IMG/VR virus record: IMGVR_UViG_2706794686_000017
DNA: 40,805 nucleotides
Direction: 5' to 3' (one strand)
Source: a virus
Taxonomy: Duplodnaviria > Heunggongvirae > Uroviricota > Caudoviricetes
Shown here: positions 10,572 through 20,443 of the stretch, one piece after another
Numbering within the stretch: the stretch's first letter is position 1
Layout of the letters: every line of letters begins with the position of its first letter
Translations under genes and position numbers: made by a program
The notes under the pieces: model-generated
The model's database searches: none
What the model saw: the letters and a program-made list of their open reading frames with translations, nothing else
Told to the model about the DNA's origin: nothing

Positions 10572-11336
10572 TTAATCAACGATTGTGATACCGTCTTTCA
10601 ATGCGTTTTGCTTACCTGCAACATCCAGTGCATCAAAAGCAGAGCGTTTCATCGTTTTCTGACCAATATCATGCTGTGTCGGACGGGAGCCGCCGCCATT
10701 GTTGCCACTGGCTTTCAGGATGTAGTCTTTCTGAGGGTAATTTTCGACAAGGAACTCCAGCGCCTCATCAAACTGCGCCAGTTCGCCAGGCTTCGCGCGG
10801 GAATAAATTTTGTTGCCGGAAGCGTCATAAGCAACGATCCTCCCTTCTTCCACTTTGAATGCCTGCCCGAAGCGGGCTTGTAATAAATCTGCCGGAATCG
10901 CAATTTTATCGGCAATATATTTTGAACCCGCAAAACTACCGCCAATCATAGAATCGTAAAGCTGCTTCTCCAGCATCTGAGAGCGTTGCTTTTCTTCATC
11001 TAATTGCTGCTGAAAATTTTTCGTAATTTCTGCCTTAACCTGGTCAACCTGTCCCGCATCGAGCAGCTTTTTCTGGTCGATTTTTGACAGCATTTCCAGT
11101 GCCTCGATCGCCTTCTTCGGGTCTTCGATAGCGGCAAACTTAGCCAGTTTTTCCTCTGCAGCTTCTTTAGCCAGGCGATGATTTTTTGCCTCGCCATTAA
11201 GCTCTGTAATTTTTTTTGTCGCCAGCGGTGCATCGAAGCCAATTTCTTTACCATCGTCGTGCACATAAACTGGCAGGCCAGCAGTATCAATTTCTGCGTA
11301 TTGTTTTCCGTTAATCTCGACCGTTTTCAGTTTCAT
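10572..11336 (-). CDS. Scaffolding protein
   Basis: Acidic, helix-rich 254-aa ORF from ATG at 11336 (MKLKTVEINGKQ...), between head morphogenesis and capsid genes. Confidence 0.6.
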   Translation of the reverse strand: MKLKTVEINGKQYAEIDTAGLPVYVHDDGKEIGFDAPLATKKITELNGEAKNHRLAKEAAEEKLAKFAAIEDPKKAIEALEMLSKIDQKKLLDAGQVDQVKAEITKNFQQQLDEEKQRSQMLEKQLYDSMIGGSFAGSKYIADKIAIPADLLQARFGQAFKVEEGRIVAYDASGNKIYSRAKPGELAQFDEALEFLVENYPQKDYILKASGNNGGGSRPTQHDIGQKTMKRSAFDALDVAGKQNALKDGITIVD

Positions 11337-11440
11337 ATTAGTACCTGGTTTAAGTCTTCCGACAGTTACGCTGCTCACCATCCGGATCGCAGCAATAAAA
11401 AAGGCCACCCGAAGGTAGCCTGTTGTAATAAATGATTTAT

Positions 11441-12556
11441 TTAAATCCCTGCTTTTCTGAATACCTGTGCATCACGCTCACGGAGCTGCTTCAGCGTCAG
11501 CCATTCGCCTTTATCGGTGTAAAATTCATCTGGCGACATACCACCATCCCGAATCAGCTTTGCTCGGCTTTCCCCCACAATCTGTTTTTGTCTGGTGTAA
11601 GGCTGACGCAAAAACCATTCCCTGTAGGTTGTATCTCCGGCCACCACGCCATCCATGCTGGCCCGCTCAGCCGGGGAAATATCGCGAACATCAATACCCA
11701 GTTCCTTCGCTGATTTCAGAATGAACGTTTCCGTTGAGCGGCAGCAGAAATGAATTTTTCCCGGCCCCTGCAAATAAGGCACGCTGTGACCTACAGGTTT
11801 ATTATTCAGCGTATATTTGAGGCGATCCCTGATTCGACATTGTGGCGTAGTACGATTATCAAGCGTTGATAACCATTGCTTACCCTTAATCAAATCATTA
11901 TTCGCGCTGGCAAAACTCTCACGGGCAGTAGCAGCAAGATGTCCAACCGCTGTTTTTGCAATGCTGGCCGCATTAGCCCGGCTCATCTGCAATGCACCAT
12001 CCTGAAATCCCTTACTGACATGTCCCCGAATTTTTCTTGCGATCTGCTCATTGGTATCCCCCAGCAAAAAACCCTGACGCACTGTATTTGTTATGCGTCT
12101 GAGCCGATCCGCCTCAAGATCTGAGGCCCACTCACTGAGCAGTCGTCCCTGGAATGGTCGCGCCATTGCAGCGGCATAAAGTGCATCAGGAGAGATACCA
12201 ACCAGAGGGTGAACATCAGCAACAAAATCAGGTAGCATAGAATCAAACAGACTTAACTGATAACCAGCCTCATAAATTGCCAGCTCGTTCAGCTCTCCGG
12301 AGAGACTGGTAAACATGCTGTTAATAGCAGTGCGGTTAACCTCTCTGACGCTCGCCAGAAGTGACTCCAGGCGCTTAACGGTAAAACTACCTGGATCGAG
12401 GCTGTCCAGTGCTATCAGCAGGCGAGCAGTAAGTTCCGCATCGCTGTCATTCAGTATTTTCACCATTCTGGCAGCCACGCCAGTGCTATAGCGGGATATC
12501 CAGACTGCATGAGCAATTGATTCATCACGCAGCCGTTCATTCACGGTTTGCATCAT
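11441..12556 (-). CDS. Head morphogenesis protein (Mu F / SPP1 gp7-like minor head protein)
   Basis: 371-aa ORF immediately downstream of portal, the usual position for this family. Confidence 0.65.
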   Translation of the reverse strand: MMQTVNERLRDESIAHAVWISRYSTGVAARMVKILNDSDAELTARLLIALDSLDPGSFTVKRLESLLASVREVNRTAINSMFTSLSGELNELAIYEAGYQLSLFDSMLPDFVADVHPLVGISPDALYAAAMARPFQGRLLSEWASDLEADRLRRITNTVRQGFLLGDTNEQIARKIRGHVSKGFQDGALQMSRANAASIAKTAVGHLAATARESFASANNDLIKGKQWLSTLDNRTTPQCRIRDRLKYTLNNKPVGHSVPYLQGPGKIHFCCRSTETFILKSAKELGIDVRDISPAERASMDGVVAGDTTYREWFLRQPYTRQKQIVGESRAKLIRDGGMSPDEFYTDKGEWLTLKQLRERDAQVFRKAGI

Positions 12557-13943
12557 TGATTTCCATCAGCATTACACTCTGATTTTTTAATTCATCGATC
12601 ACTTCCTCTGGACGGGAATCCTGATCGATAAATTTCAACGCCTGCAACACCCGAACCGCATCAATCTGACGTATATCACCGCCCTGACGCAATGACTGAA
12701 CAGCCAGCGCGGAGGATGAGTCAAACACCTGGGCAGATACATCCAGTTCAGTGCGCACATCCACATTGCCACCGCAACTCTCTCCGATCCATTCCGCCAT
12801 TATCTGGAGAATATTATCGAGGGCATCTTCGAGGGAGTTCGCCATTGTATAAAGCGGCGAGTTTTCCTGCATTCGCTCTTCATTAGTCTGATCAACAGAT
12901 TTGGTGGATGTATTTTCAGCACGCAGAAGTTTAGCGCCGGCATGACGCATCTGATTTTCCAGCTTCTCAAGTGATGTTTCGCCAGATTCTATCGCTGCGC
13001 CACTATGTTCAACATATTCGAGGCCATTTTTTGTTCTGTCCTCAAAAATCGTAGCGGTGGATGCACCAACCGTCAGTTCTTCATTCCTGTCCAGCCCGTA
13101 GGCCACCAGCAATGGAACGCGGGCAACATGAAGAATATTGTCCTGCTCGCTCTGGCTTTGCCAGTGCTTGATATTCAGCAAGCCAAGATTAAGCAATGGC
13201 GGTGTACCACGCATAAATCCTGTTTTCTTCGTGTACAGTGTTACCAGAGGAATATCATCACGGCTGGTATTCCATGACTCATGAAGCGTCCAGACAGATT
13301 CGCCATTAGTGCCTTCGCTACGTCGATAAATTTCAACTCGACGGGGCATAATATGGCGGATCTGCTCCACCTTCTTCTGCCCGAAATCATCACCATCAAT
13401 AATGATGACCTCTTTTATACGCAAATCAGTGAGAACAACTTTCCCTTTTTCAACTTTCGATTTCCATCCAATAACCTGGCGTGGATTCAGCATCGTAACG
13501 TACGGACGACCACCGGTCGCGTTTTCATCGGCTTTTGTCCGAATCTCTTTCATATCCGTTCGTGGATAGTCCACCAGCGCATGTGCCACACCATACTGAA
13601 ATGCGAGGCTGAAAAATTGCTGCGCCCACACATCCAGTCGGCTCCCCTCCATGTCGATATTTTCTGCATATTCCCTGATTTTTGCCGGCGTTTCCTCACT
13701 CAATACTGTCGGCTCTGCAAATATGCGCCCAATATTTTGCTTGATGCTTTCTTCATACACAGGAAGTAGCGTAGCCACAGACAGGCGTTTTTTATAAGCG
13801 TCTTCATCTTCGTTAGGCCATTTTGGGAGATAATTTTCCCCCTGCCTGCGCATTTCAAGCGTACCGCCCATCAGTGCGTCGTTAATATCCCACGCCTCCA
13901 GCATATCGTTATAGTCGAGGTTGGGTGTTGATATATCAGCCAT
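12537..13943 (-). CDS. Portal protein
   Basis: 468-aa ORF directly downstream of terminase large subunit. Confidence 0.75.
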   Translation of the reverse strand: MADISTPNLDYNDMLEAWDINDALMGGTLEMRRQGENYLPKWPNEDEDAYKKRLSVATLLPVYEESIKQNIGRIFAEPTVLSEETPAKIREYAENIDMEGSRLDVWAQQFFSLAFQYGVAHALVDYPRTDMKEIRTKADENATGGRPYVTMLNPRQVIGWKSKVEKGKVVLTDLRIKEVIIIDGDDFGQKKVEQIRHIMPRRVEIYRRSEGTNGESVWTLHESWNTSRDDIPLVTLYTKKTGFMRGTPPLLNLGLLNIKHWQSQSEQDNILHVARVPLLVAYGLDRNEELTVGASTATIFEDRTKNGLEYVEHSGAAIESGETSLEKLENQMRHAGAKLLRAENTSTKSVDQTNEERMQENSPLYTMANSLEDALDNILQIMAEWIGESCGGNVDVRTELDVSAQVFDSSSALAVQSLRQGGDIRQIDAVRVLQALKFIDQDSRPEEVIDELKNQSVMLMEINDANRE

Positions 13944-13945
13944 AA

Positions 13946-15256
13946 TTAAATCCGAAGTGATGTGACTCTTCCGGTCGGTTTGACAATAGGGAATTGCTTA
14001 ACGATGAAATAACCTCCGGCATCATTCGGGTGATCATTGCCAGATTTTTTATCAGGCTCCCCCTTCTCATCCCAGACCTGTTGCTCCAGAGATTCGGCAT
14101 ATAACGGGCAACGCTTCACATTAACTTTATAGCGACGCTCACCATTGGCATTGCAGAACATTGCATTCATTGAGTTAACGCGATCTTTTACTGGCGGGTT
14201 CGAGCTGTTCACCACAACGTTAAAACCAGCCTGCTTAAGCTGGGCTATATCCGTCGTACTTGCGTTACTTGATTTTCTGGAATCCCCGGAAGCATCTGGA
14301 TAAATATAAATTTCCCTCACTTTCCGGTAATCATTCCCATCATACAGCCAGAAGCGTTCTTTAATGATGCGGATCATATCCGGCGTATCGTAGGCATTGA
14401 TGATTTCAGTTACCGCACATGGAAGCCCCAAACGCAGCACATGGACGATTCCCGCCATCTTTCCAACGTTAAAATCCATCCCAATATAAATCGGCTCCCC
14501 TGGCTGCTCCACTTCTTCGCAATTATTCAGTTTCCGGTCAAACTGATGGTAAACAGTACCACTTGTCAGGTTAGTAAACTGTCCTCGAAGATAGGCTTTA
14601 ATCAGCTCTGGAGGGTATGATTCAAGAAGCGAAGGAATGTAATCTGCTGGCAGGTTCTTTTCATTATCGAAAGTAGATGCCTGCACCAGACCATACAGTG
14701 AGGCCAGCTCTGTTTTTTCACGCACGGCTTTAACAAACTGCTCGTAGACAAATTTGAATCCTTCCGGCGTGGTTGTAACGTCAATACCGTTGCGAAGTCC
14801 ATCAATCTTATAACGCATACGTGCAATTATCTTGCGCCACGCCGTTCTGGCTTTTTCCTTCGGCAAAATGTCCAGTTCATCCACCAACGCATTACCAATT
14901 TTGAAACCGACGATCGTTTGTGGCTTCTCCATCGATCTGCAGATAGTGGTTCCCCGATACTGGCGTCCGTAATAAAAGTGAACCTCTTTATTTCCCTCAT
15001 TAATTTTTACGTTCAATCCCCAGTCAGCAGCAACTTCTTCCACTGTAGGGTAAAAAATATCGCGAATTTGGGGATACGTTGGCGCAAAATATCCCTGATT
15101 TATACCTGGATGCTCCCAAATCCCCTTGCATATGCCGCCACACCCAACCCATGTTTTGCCCGAGCCAAAACCAGCAATATAGGCTTTAAATTTATGGGGC
15201 ATTGAAAGAAATCGCGCCTGAGGCACATTAAGCGTCGGAGAGATCATCTTCATCAC
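13946..15256 (-). CDS. Terminase large subunit
   Basis: 436-aa ORF with Walker A-like YIAGFGSGKTW near the N-terminus and acidic nuclease-like motifs in the C-terminal half. Confidence 0.85.
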   Translation of the reverse strand: MMKMISPTLNVPQARFLSMPHKFKAYIAGFGSGKTWVGCGGICKGIWEHPGINQGYFAPTYPQIRDIFYPTVEEVAADWGLNVKINEGNKEVHFYYGRQYRGTTICRSMEKPQTIVGFKIGNALVDELDILPKEKARTAWRKIIARMRYKIDGLRNGIDVTTTPEGFKFVYEQFVKAVREKTELASLYGLVQASTFDNEKNLPADYIPSLLESYPPELIKAYLRGQFTNLTSGTVYHQFDRKLNNCEEVEQPGEPIYIGMDFNVGKMAGIVHVLRLGLPCAVTEIINAYDTPDMIRIIKERFWLYDGNDYRKVREIYIYPDASGDSRKSSNASTTDIAQLKQAGFNVVVNSSNPPVKDRVNSMNAMFCNANGERRYKVNVKRCPLYAESLEQQVWDEKGEPDKKSGNDHPNDAGGYFIVKQFPIVKPTGRVTSLRI

Positions 15257-16322
15257 TCCTTACTCTGGCATCAACCACATTAATATTGATCGCCACAGGC
15301 TGGGGATGTTCATTATCTTCCACCGTTTCGATCTCTTTGCGCAGCTTCTGGTTTTCCATTCTGCGCCGTTCAATTTCCAGTTCCCGTAGCCGCTTATCTG
15401 CACATAAAGCCCCGCCAGCAGAAAACAAACGCAACAATTCACGCCGGGCGGCAGCCTTATCCTCCAGCAGGATCTCAACGCCGAATTTTCCGAATTTTGC
15501 CCCTGCATATAATTGCCGCGCATCCCCATCAAGCAGAGTGGTATCAGCCATATAAAGCTGTCCCGTTCCCTCACCGCAGCACTTCGGGCAGTCCGGATTG
15601 GGTATGGCGTTATCAACAAAGCCGAGGCCTCCATATTCCGGTTCGGGTTTGCCATCTCTGGAAGCCTGCGCCGCTGCCTTGTCGAATTCTGCTATATCGC
15701 GCCACTGGTAGAGATGATTCTCGCCCCAGCAATAACGGCAGTTAACACGGCGAAATTGTGCAAGCTGATTGGGGTCGGCCAGGACAATAGCCATCAACTG
15801 ACTCACTAGTAAATCCAGGTCTGCGGTATAGCGTTTCTGGTACTGATTGCGGAAGTAGCTGATAGCGCGAAAAACCCTGGCATTTCTAAGCATACGACTG
15901 GCGTTGCTGTTAGCTGTCGCACCTTGCCCCTCATAACCGGCTAGTCGGTACGCCTCTGTCGGCTTTTTACCCTGAGCAACAAGCATCGCAAACTTAGCCT
16001 GCTGGTCAGAAATGCCGAATTCATCGGGACAGAACGAAAATTCCTCCGCGTCGCCCTCATTCAGGCCCGCATCGAATACTGGCTTTTTTTCCTGAGATTT
16101 TTCGTTCCGCTTTTGTGCAGTCTGCGCAGATTTTTTCTGCGCACTTTTTTGCGCAGTTTTGCACATTTCTGTCTGCGCATTTTTCGGAGTTTTTTTGATG
16201 TAACGACGGGCTGTTGCGTAATTCAGTCCCCTTGCTTCACACCATGCCACCGGAGATATACCGGAGCGGGTGTATTCAGCAATATACTCCTGCTGCAACG
16301 CCCCCCAGTCCGGTCTGCTCAT
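15228..16322 (-). CDS. Terminase small subunit
   Basis: 364-aa ORF with N-terminal helix-turn-helix-like segment, overlapping the start of the large subunit gene. Confidence 0.65.
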   Translation of the reverse strand: MSRPDWGALQQEYIAEYTRSGISPVAWCEARGLNYATARRYIKKTPKNAQTEMCKTAQKSAQKKSAQTAQKRNEKSQEKKPVFDAGLNEGDAEEFSFCPDEFGISDQQAKFAMLVAQGKKPTEAYRLAGYEGQGATANSNASRMLRNARVFRAISYFRNQYQKRYTADLDLLVSQLMAIVLADPNQLAQFRRVNCRYCWGENHLYQWRDIAEFDKAAAQASRDGKPEPEYGGLGFVDNAIPNPDCPKCCGEGTGQLYMADTTLLDGDARQLYAGAKFGKFGVEILLEDKAAARRELLRLFSAGGALCADKRLRELEIERRRMENQKLRKEIETVEDNEHPQPVAININVVDARVRSDEDDLSDA

Positions 16323-16325
16323 CAG

Positions 16326-16577
16326 TTAGTCCTGATTTTTATCCACCCTGAGTAGTTCGCGCAGAGCAAAGGCATCCCCTTTTCTGGCAAGCTTAAACAA
16401 TGCCGCTCGTAACTCGGCTTCACCTTTCGCTCTGCCCTTACGGATGGCCGCATAAAAATCTGTCATTGCTTCCCGATTTTCTTTCAGTCGGTTCAGATCA
16501 ACATCCAGAACGTCAGCGATTTGTTGTGCAGTCATCCGGCACGCTGCCAGAGACTCGACTTTCGAATACGGAATCAT
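16326..16577 (-). CDS. Small DNA-binding (HTH-like) phage protein upstream of terminase
   Basis: 83-aa ORF (MIPYSKVESLAACRMTAQQIADVLDVDLNRLKENREAM...); start may be an internal Met. Confidence 0.45.
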   Translation of the reverse strand: MIPYSKVESLAACRMTAQQIADVLDVDLNRLKENREAMTDFYAAIRKGRAKGEAELRAALFKLARKGDAFALRELLRVDKNQD

Positions 16578-17445
16578 TTGTCACCCCCATTGATATGCAG
16601 GGTGTCTTCTTCCTGTATTTTTCGTGAAGGATTTTTACTGCAGCGTTGTTCCAGGTGACCTGATGGTGAATGCGTTTATGACTGGCACCCATAAGTGAGA
16701 TTTTTACGCACGACGGCGCATACATGACGGAGTAAAAACTTTTAACGTAGGTTCCGGAATCCAGATACAGCTCGGTCATTCCGCCGCTGTTTTTCTGCGT
16801 CTGTTTCTGCCCTAACTGGACAGCACCGATCGTCATAAACAATTCACCACAGCGACCGAGATTCGTGTACGTATTCACATCCTCGTTAATGCGCCCCATG
16901 AATGAGAACGGTCGATCAACCGAACAGATAAAGCTGTTCATTGCCTTGCGTTTCACCCACGAAGCATGGCCGCCATTGTCACCAAGAAAATCCCCGCCCT
17001 GCGACATAGCGATGGAAAGAGCAGGTATTGATTCGTAGTACGCAAGCATTTCAGAAAGGATCTCATCCAGTTTCCTTATCGGGAAATAGGCCTGGTCATA
17101 GTTGCGATCCACCCGAAACTGGAACTCGTGATAATCATCATCGAGCTGAATGAAGTATTTACACCCGACCAGTTTTGCCTGGTCGAAACAGGCATTACGG
17201 GCGTAAAAAATTGAGCGGCGGTCACTAAAATTATCGGCTTCGTCAAAACGACTAGCAATATCGGCTTTGGAAAATACCAGCACCTGTTCACCAAATTCAG
17301 CCATGTACTGATGCCGTGTCTTATCTTCATCATCAACAACGATAAAAATTTTCCCGGTATAGCCAGCACGACGCAACGTCCGGTAAGTCAGAACTTTGTC
17401 CGGTCGCCCGTGAGTCAGAATAAAGGCGCAAAAATCATCACGCAT
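16513..17445 (-). CDS. GT-A-fold (GT2-like) glycosyltransferase-like protein
   Basis: N-terminal CAFILTHGRPDKVLTYRTLRRAGYTGKIFIVVDDED and downstream FIQLDDDYHEF (DxD) fit the GT2 pattern. GGAGGAGG ribosome-binding site before ATG 17445; alternative ATG at 17463. Confidence 0.5.
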   Translation of the reverse strand: MRDDFCAFILTHGRPDKVLTYRTLRRAGYTGKIFIVVDDEDKTRHQYMAEFGEQVLVFSKADIASRFDEADNFSDRRSIFYARNACFDQAKLVGCKYFIQLDDDYHEFQFRVDRNYDQAYFPIRKLDEILSEMLAYYESIPALSIAMSQGGDFLGDNGGHASWVKRKAMNSFICSVDRPFSFMGRINEDVNTYTNLGRCGELFMTIGAVQLGQKQTQKNSGGMTELYLDSGTYVKSFYSVMYAPSCVKISLMGASHKRIHHQVTWNNAAVKILHEKYRKKTPCISMGVTNDSVFESRVSGSVPDDCTTNR

Positions 17446-18246
17446 ATTCCTCCTCCCCGCCATGCATGATCTCCACCATGCGCTGCGTCATTCGGACAAA
17501 TCCATTTTCAATAGCCTGCTGATAATCAATGATCACCAGCGCCGACTCCTCGAAAAGGCACTGAATTTCAGCGGGGGCATGAGCGTAATAGTCCGCAATT
17601 CTGCTGAAATTAAACACCGTGTGACGTTCTGCTGCACACAGGAGGAATTTCTCAATATCAGGATCAAGGGACGCCGAACGTATCCGGCTGATCAGCTCCT
17701 GAGTTTTCGTATCGTCGTACAGTTCACTGATATCCGGTTTACCGCCTGACGGCTCATAAACAGGCGTATCAATTTTCGTCGTATACGGCTCCTCCTCATT
17801 TCCTGTACCGGGCAAAACATCCGTCAACAGTTCATCAATTTCTGCCGGGATGAAGCCTGTCAGGGAGACATCAAAATCAGCATTGATTAGGTCCGACAGC
17901 TCCATCCGCNNNNNNNNNNNNNNNNNNNNNNNNNNNNNNNNNNNNNNNNNNNNNNNNNNNNNNNNNNNNNNNNNNNNNNNNNNNNNNNNNNNNNNNNNNN
18001 NNNNNNNNNNNNNNNNNNNNNNNNNNNNNNNNNNNNNNNNNNNNNNNNNNNNNNNNNNNNNNNNNNNNNNNNNNNNNNNNNNNNNNNNNNNNNNNNNNNN
18101 NNNNNNNNNNNNNNNNNNNNNNNNNNNNNNNNNNNNNNNNNNNNNNNNNNNNNNNNNNNNNNNNNNNNNNNGTGCGTCCTGGCGTTGTGCGCATACGGTG
18201 ACAATTCTTGTAATGGGCGATAGACTATCTTTAATTTCTCGCTCAT
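17438..18246 (-). CDS. ParB N-terminal domain (ParB-like nuclease) protein, interrupted by N-run 17910..18171
   Basis: N-terminus MSEKLKIVYRPLQELSPYAHNARTH is typical of ParB/Srx-like domains; acidic C-terminal part follows the N-run. Confidence 0.55.
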
Positions 18247-18383
18247 ACAGCCTTGCTTTATGAATAAAACGCACCCCAGCAGCCAGTGCTACTGGGGGCG
18301 GAGGTGTTGCTGGTAAAGTTAGGTATTGGATCAATGAGTGAGTCAACATAATATTAAACTCACAATTATAAATCAGCCATATA

Positions 18384-19841
18384 TTAGGAGCGCCAAAAAA
18401 AACCTGAAAACAATATAATAACAGGATAAATTTCAAGGCGACCAAGAATCATAGCTATGCACATTAAATATTTTGCAATGTCATTAAGCACTCCGAATGA
18501 CGATGCAGTAGCCCCAAAACCTAATCCCATATTATTAATACATGCAGCCACTGTTGCAAATGATGTAAGAAAATCATATCCCATACCATTTAACACCAGT
18601 ATAAAAAACACCGTGAAGAGAGTATAAAGAAAAAAGAAACTCCATACAGACCTCATTACACGATCTGTAACTATCTTCCCTCCTACATTTACACTCAACA
18701 ACGCTCTGGGATGAGAAAGCTGATTTATCTCGTGTTTGCTTTGTTTGAAAAGTATAAGAAATCGAAGTGACTTAATTCCACCACAGGTTGAACCTATACA
18801 TCCCCCAAAGAAACTTGACAACAGCAAAAACACTATCGTGTGCGTGGGCCAGTTTGCATAATCCTGCGTAGCTAAACCATTATCAGTGAGCATGGAGCTG
18901 GCAAGAAAAAACGAATGAATAAAACTTCCATGCAAGTCATACATACCTATATGCCAGACCTGGAAAGAGGTAACAATGATCACCCCTAAGGCTATTAACA
19001 GAAAGAAACGAAGTTCAATATCTCTGATTAAAGGTTTTATCGTTTTTCTGCTAATAACAATATACCAAAGAGTGAAGTTGAAAGCCGATAGCAGGGAAAA
19101 AGAACCAGCCACCAGCTCAACCAAATAGTTATTAAAATATCCGATACTCTCGCTATGAGTTGAGAAACCACCAAGCGAAACTGTGGAAATCCCGTGACAA
19201 ATAGCATCAAACAAAGGCATTCCTGCAAGTCTATAACAGACAATACAAGCAATACCTAATAAAGAATAAGTTATCCACAGTGTCCGTGACGTATCGGCCA
19301 GGCGGGGAGTGAGTTTGTCATCCTTAAATGGCCCCGGCATTTCTGACTGATAAAGCTTTGCACCACCAATACCCAATAATGGCAATACTGCAACCGCCAG
19401 AACAATAACTCCTAAACCACCTATAAAATTTAACTGTGACCGATAGTACAAATATGCCCGAGGTAATGAACTAACATCATCAATTACAGTTGCTCCTGTT
19501 GTTGTTATTCCAGAAACCCCTTCAAACAGAGCATCAATGAACGTTAAATTAAGTTCTGAGTCAATCCATAAAGGGAATGCACTAATAACAGAAAACAAAA
19601 TCCAAAACATTACAATTATAATAAACCCATCACGGGTACGTAATTGAATGCCAGATTTCTTAGTTGTATACCACGCTCCGCCACCAATGCAAAAAAATAT
19701 AACGAAAGTTATAAAGAAAACGAACAGGCTTTTTTCTTTATAAAACAATGCTACAACCATTGGTGGCAACATTGAAAGACTATAGAGCCAAACCAGGAAC
19801 CCACACATATGAGTAACAACTCTTACATGAGATGTATTCAT
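18384..19841 (-). CDS. trkG: Trk-system potassium uptake protein TrkG (TrkH/KtrB family)
   Basis: 485 aa from MNTSHVRVVTHMCGFLVWLY; polytopic membrane protein with repeated pore-loop glycine motifs; matches the Rac-prophage-encoded TrkG as recalled. Confidence 0.85.
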   Translation of the reverse strand: MNTSHVRVVTHMCGFLVWLYSLSMLPPMVVALFYKEKSLFVFFITFVIFFCIGGGAWYTTKKSGIQLRTRDGFIIIVMFWILFSVISAFPLWIDSELNLTFIDALFEGVSGITTTGATVIDDVSSLPRAYLYYRSQLNFIGGLGVIVLAVAVLPLLGIGGAKLYQSEMPGPFKDDKLTPRLADTSRTLWITYSLLGIACIVCYRLAGMPLFDAICHGISTVSLGGFSTHSESIGYFNNYLVELVAGSFSLLSAFNFTLWYIVISRKTIKPLIRDIELRFFLLIALGVIIVTSFQVWHIGMYDLHGSFIHSFFLASSMLTDNGLATQDYANWPTHTIVFLLLSSFFGGCIGSTCGGIKSLRFLILFKQSKHEINQLSHPRALLSVNVGGKIVTDRVMRSVWSFFFLYTLFTVFFILVLNGMGYDFLTSFATVAACINNMGLGFGATASSFGVLNDIAKYLMCIAMILGRLEIYPVIILFSGFFWRS

Positions 19842-19978
19842 ATCTAAATATTCTTTCAATTATAACCACCTTGCTGCAATATTATGATTATACTGTATAA
19901 AATTTAACTCCTCTTAGATCTTACTTCACTGTTCCTTATGAAACAATCATCAAAATGAATCATATTGTAGTTAAGATT

Positions 19979-20443
19979 TTACTTTAAACACTGCTCGGTT
20001 ATGTATTGCTGAGCACCTTCAAGTTGGGCCTGCATCATTACCAGTCGTTCCCGGAGGGTGAAATAATCCCGTTCAGCGGTGTCTGCCAGTCGGGGGGAGG
20101 CTGCATTATCCACGCCGGAGGCGGTGGTGGCTTCACGCACTGACTGACAGACTGCTTTGATGTGCAACCGACGACGACCAGCGGCAACATCATCACGCAG
20201 AGCATCATTTTCAGCTTTCGCATCAGCTAACTCCTTCGTGTATTTTGCATCGAGCGCAGCAACATCACGCTGACGCATCTGCATGTCAGTAATTGCCGCG
20301 TTCGCCAGCTTCAGTTCTCTGGCATTTTTGTCGCGCTGGGCTTTGTAGGTAATGGCGTTATCACGGTAATGATTAACAGCCCATGACAGGCAGACGATGA
20401 TGCAGATAACCAGAGCGGAGATAATCGCGGTTACTCTGTTCAT
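19979..20443 (-). CDS. rz: Inner-membrane spanin Rz
   Basis: ORF with N-terminal transmembrane segment then coiled coil, overlapping the endolysin stop. Confidence 0.8.
   Translation of the reverse strand: MNRVTAIISALVICIIVCLSWAVNHYRDNAITYKAQRDKNARELKLANAAITDMQMRQRDVAALDAKYTKELADAKAENDALRDDVAAGRRRLHIKAVCQSVREATTASGVDNAASPRLADTAERDYFTLRERLVMMQAQLEGAQQYITEQCLK
20038..20223 (-). CDS. rz1: Outer-membrane lipoprotein spanin Rz1, embedded in Rz in the +1 frame
   Basis: 61-aa [26 protein letters not shown]... with lipobox and proline-rich [15 protein letters not shown] region. Confidence 0.8.
   Translation of the reverse strand: MRKLKMMLCVMMLPLVVVGCTSKQSVSQCVKPPPPPAWIMQPPPDWQTPLNGIISPSGNDW

Noticed and set aside
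10521-11435. Plus-strand ORFs of 85 to 120 aa overlapping the scaffold gene.
   Set aside because: Antisense to a coherent structural-gene operon; no ribosome-binding sites.
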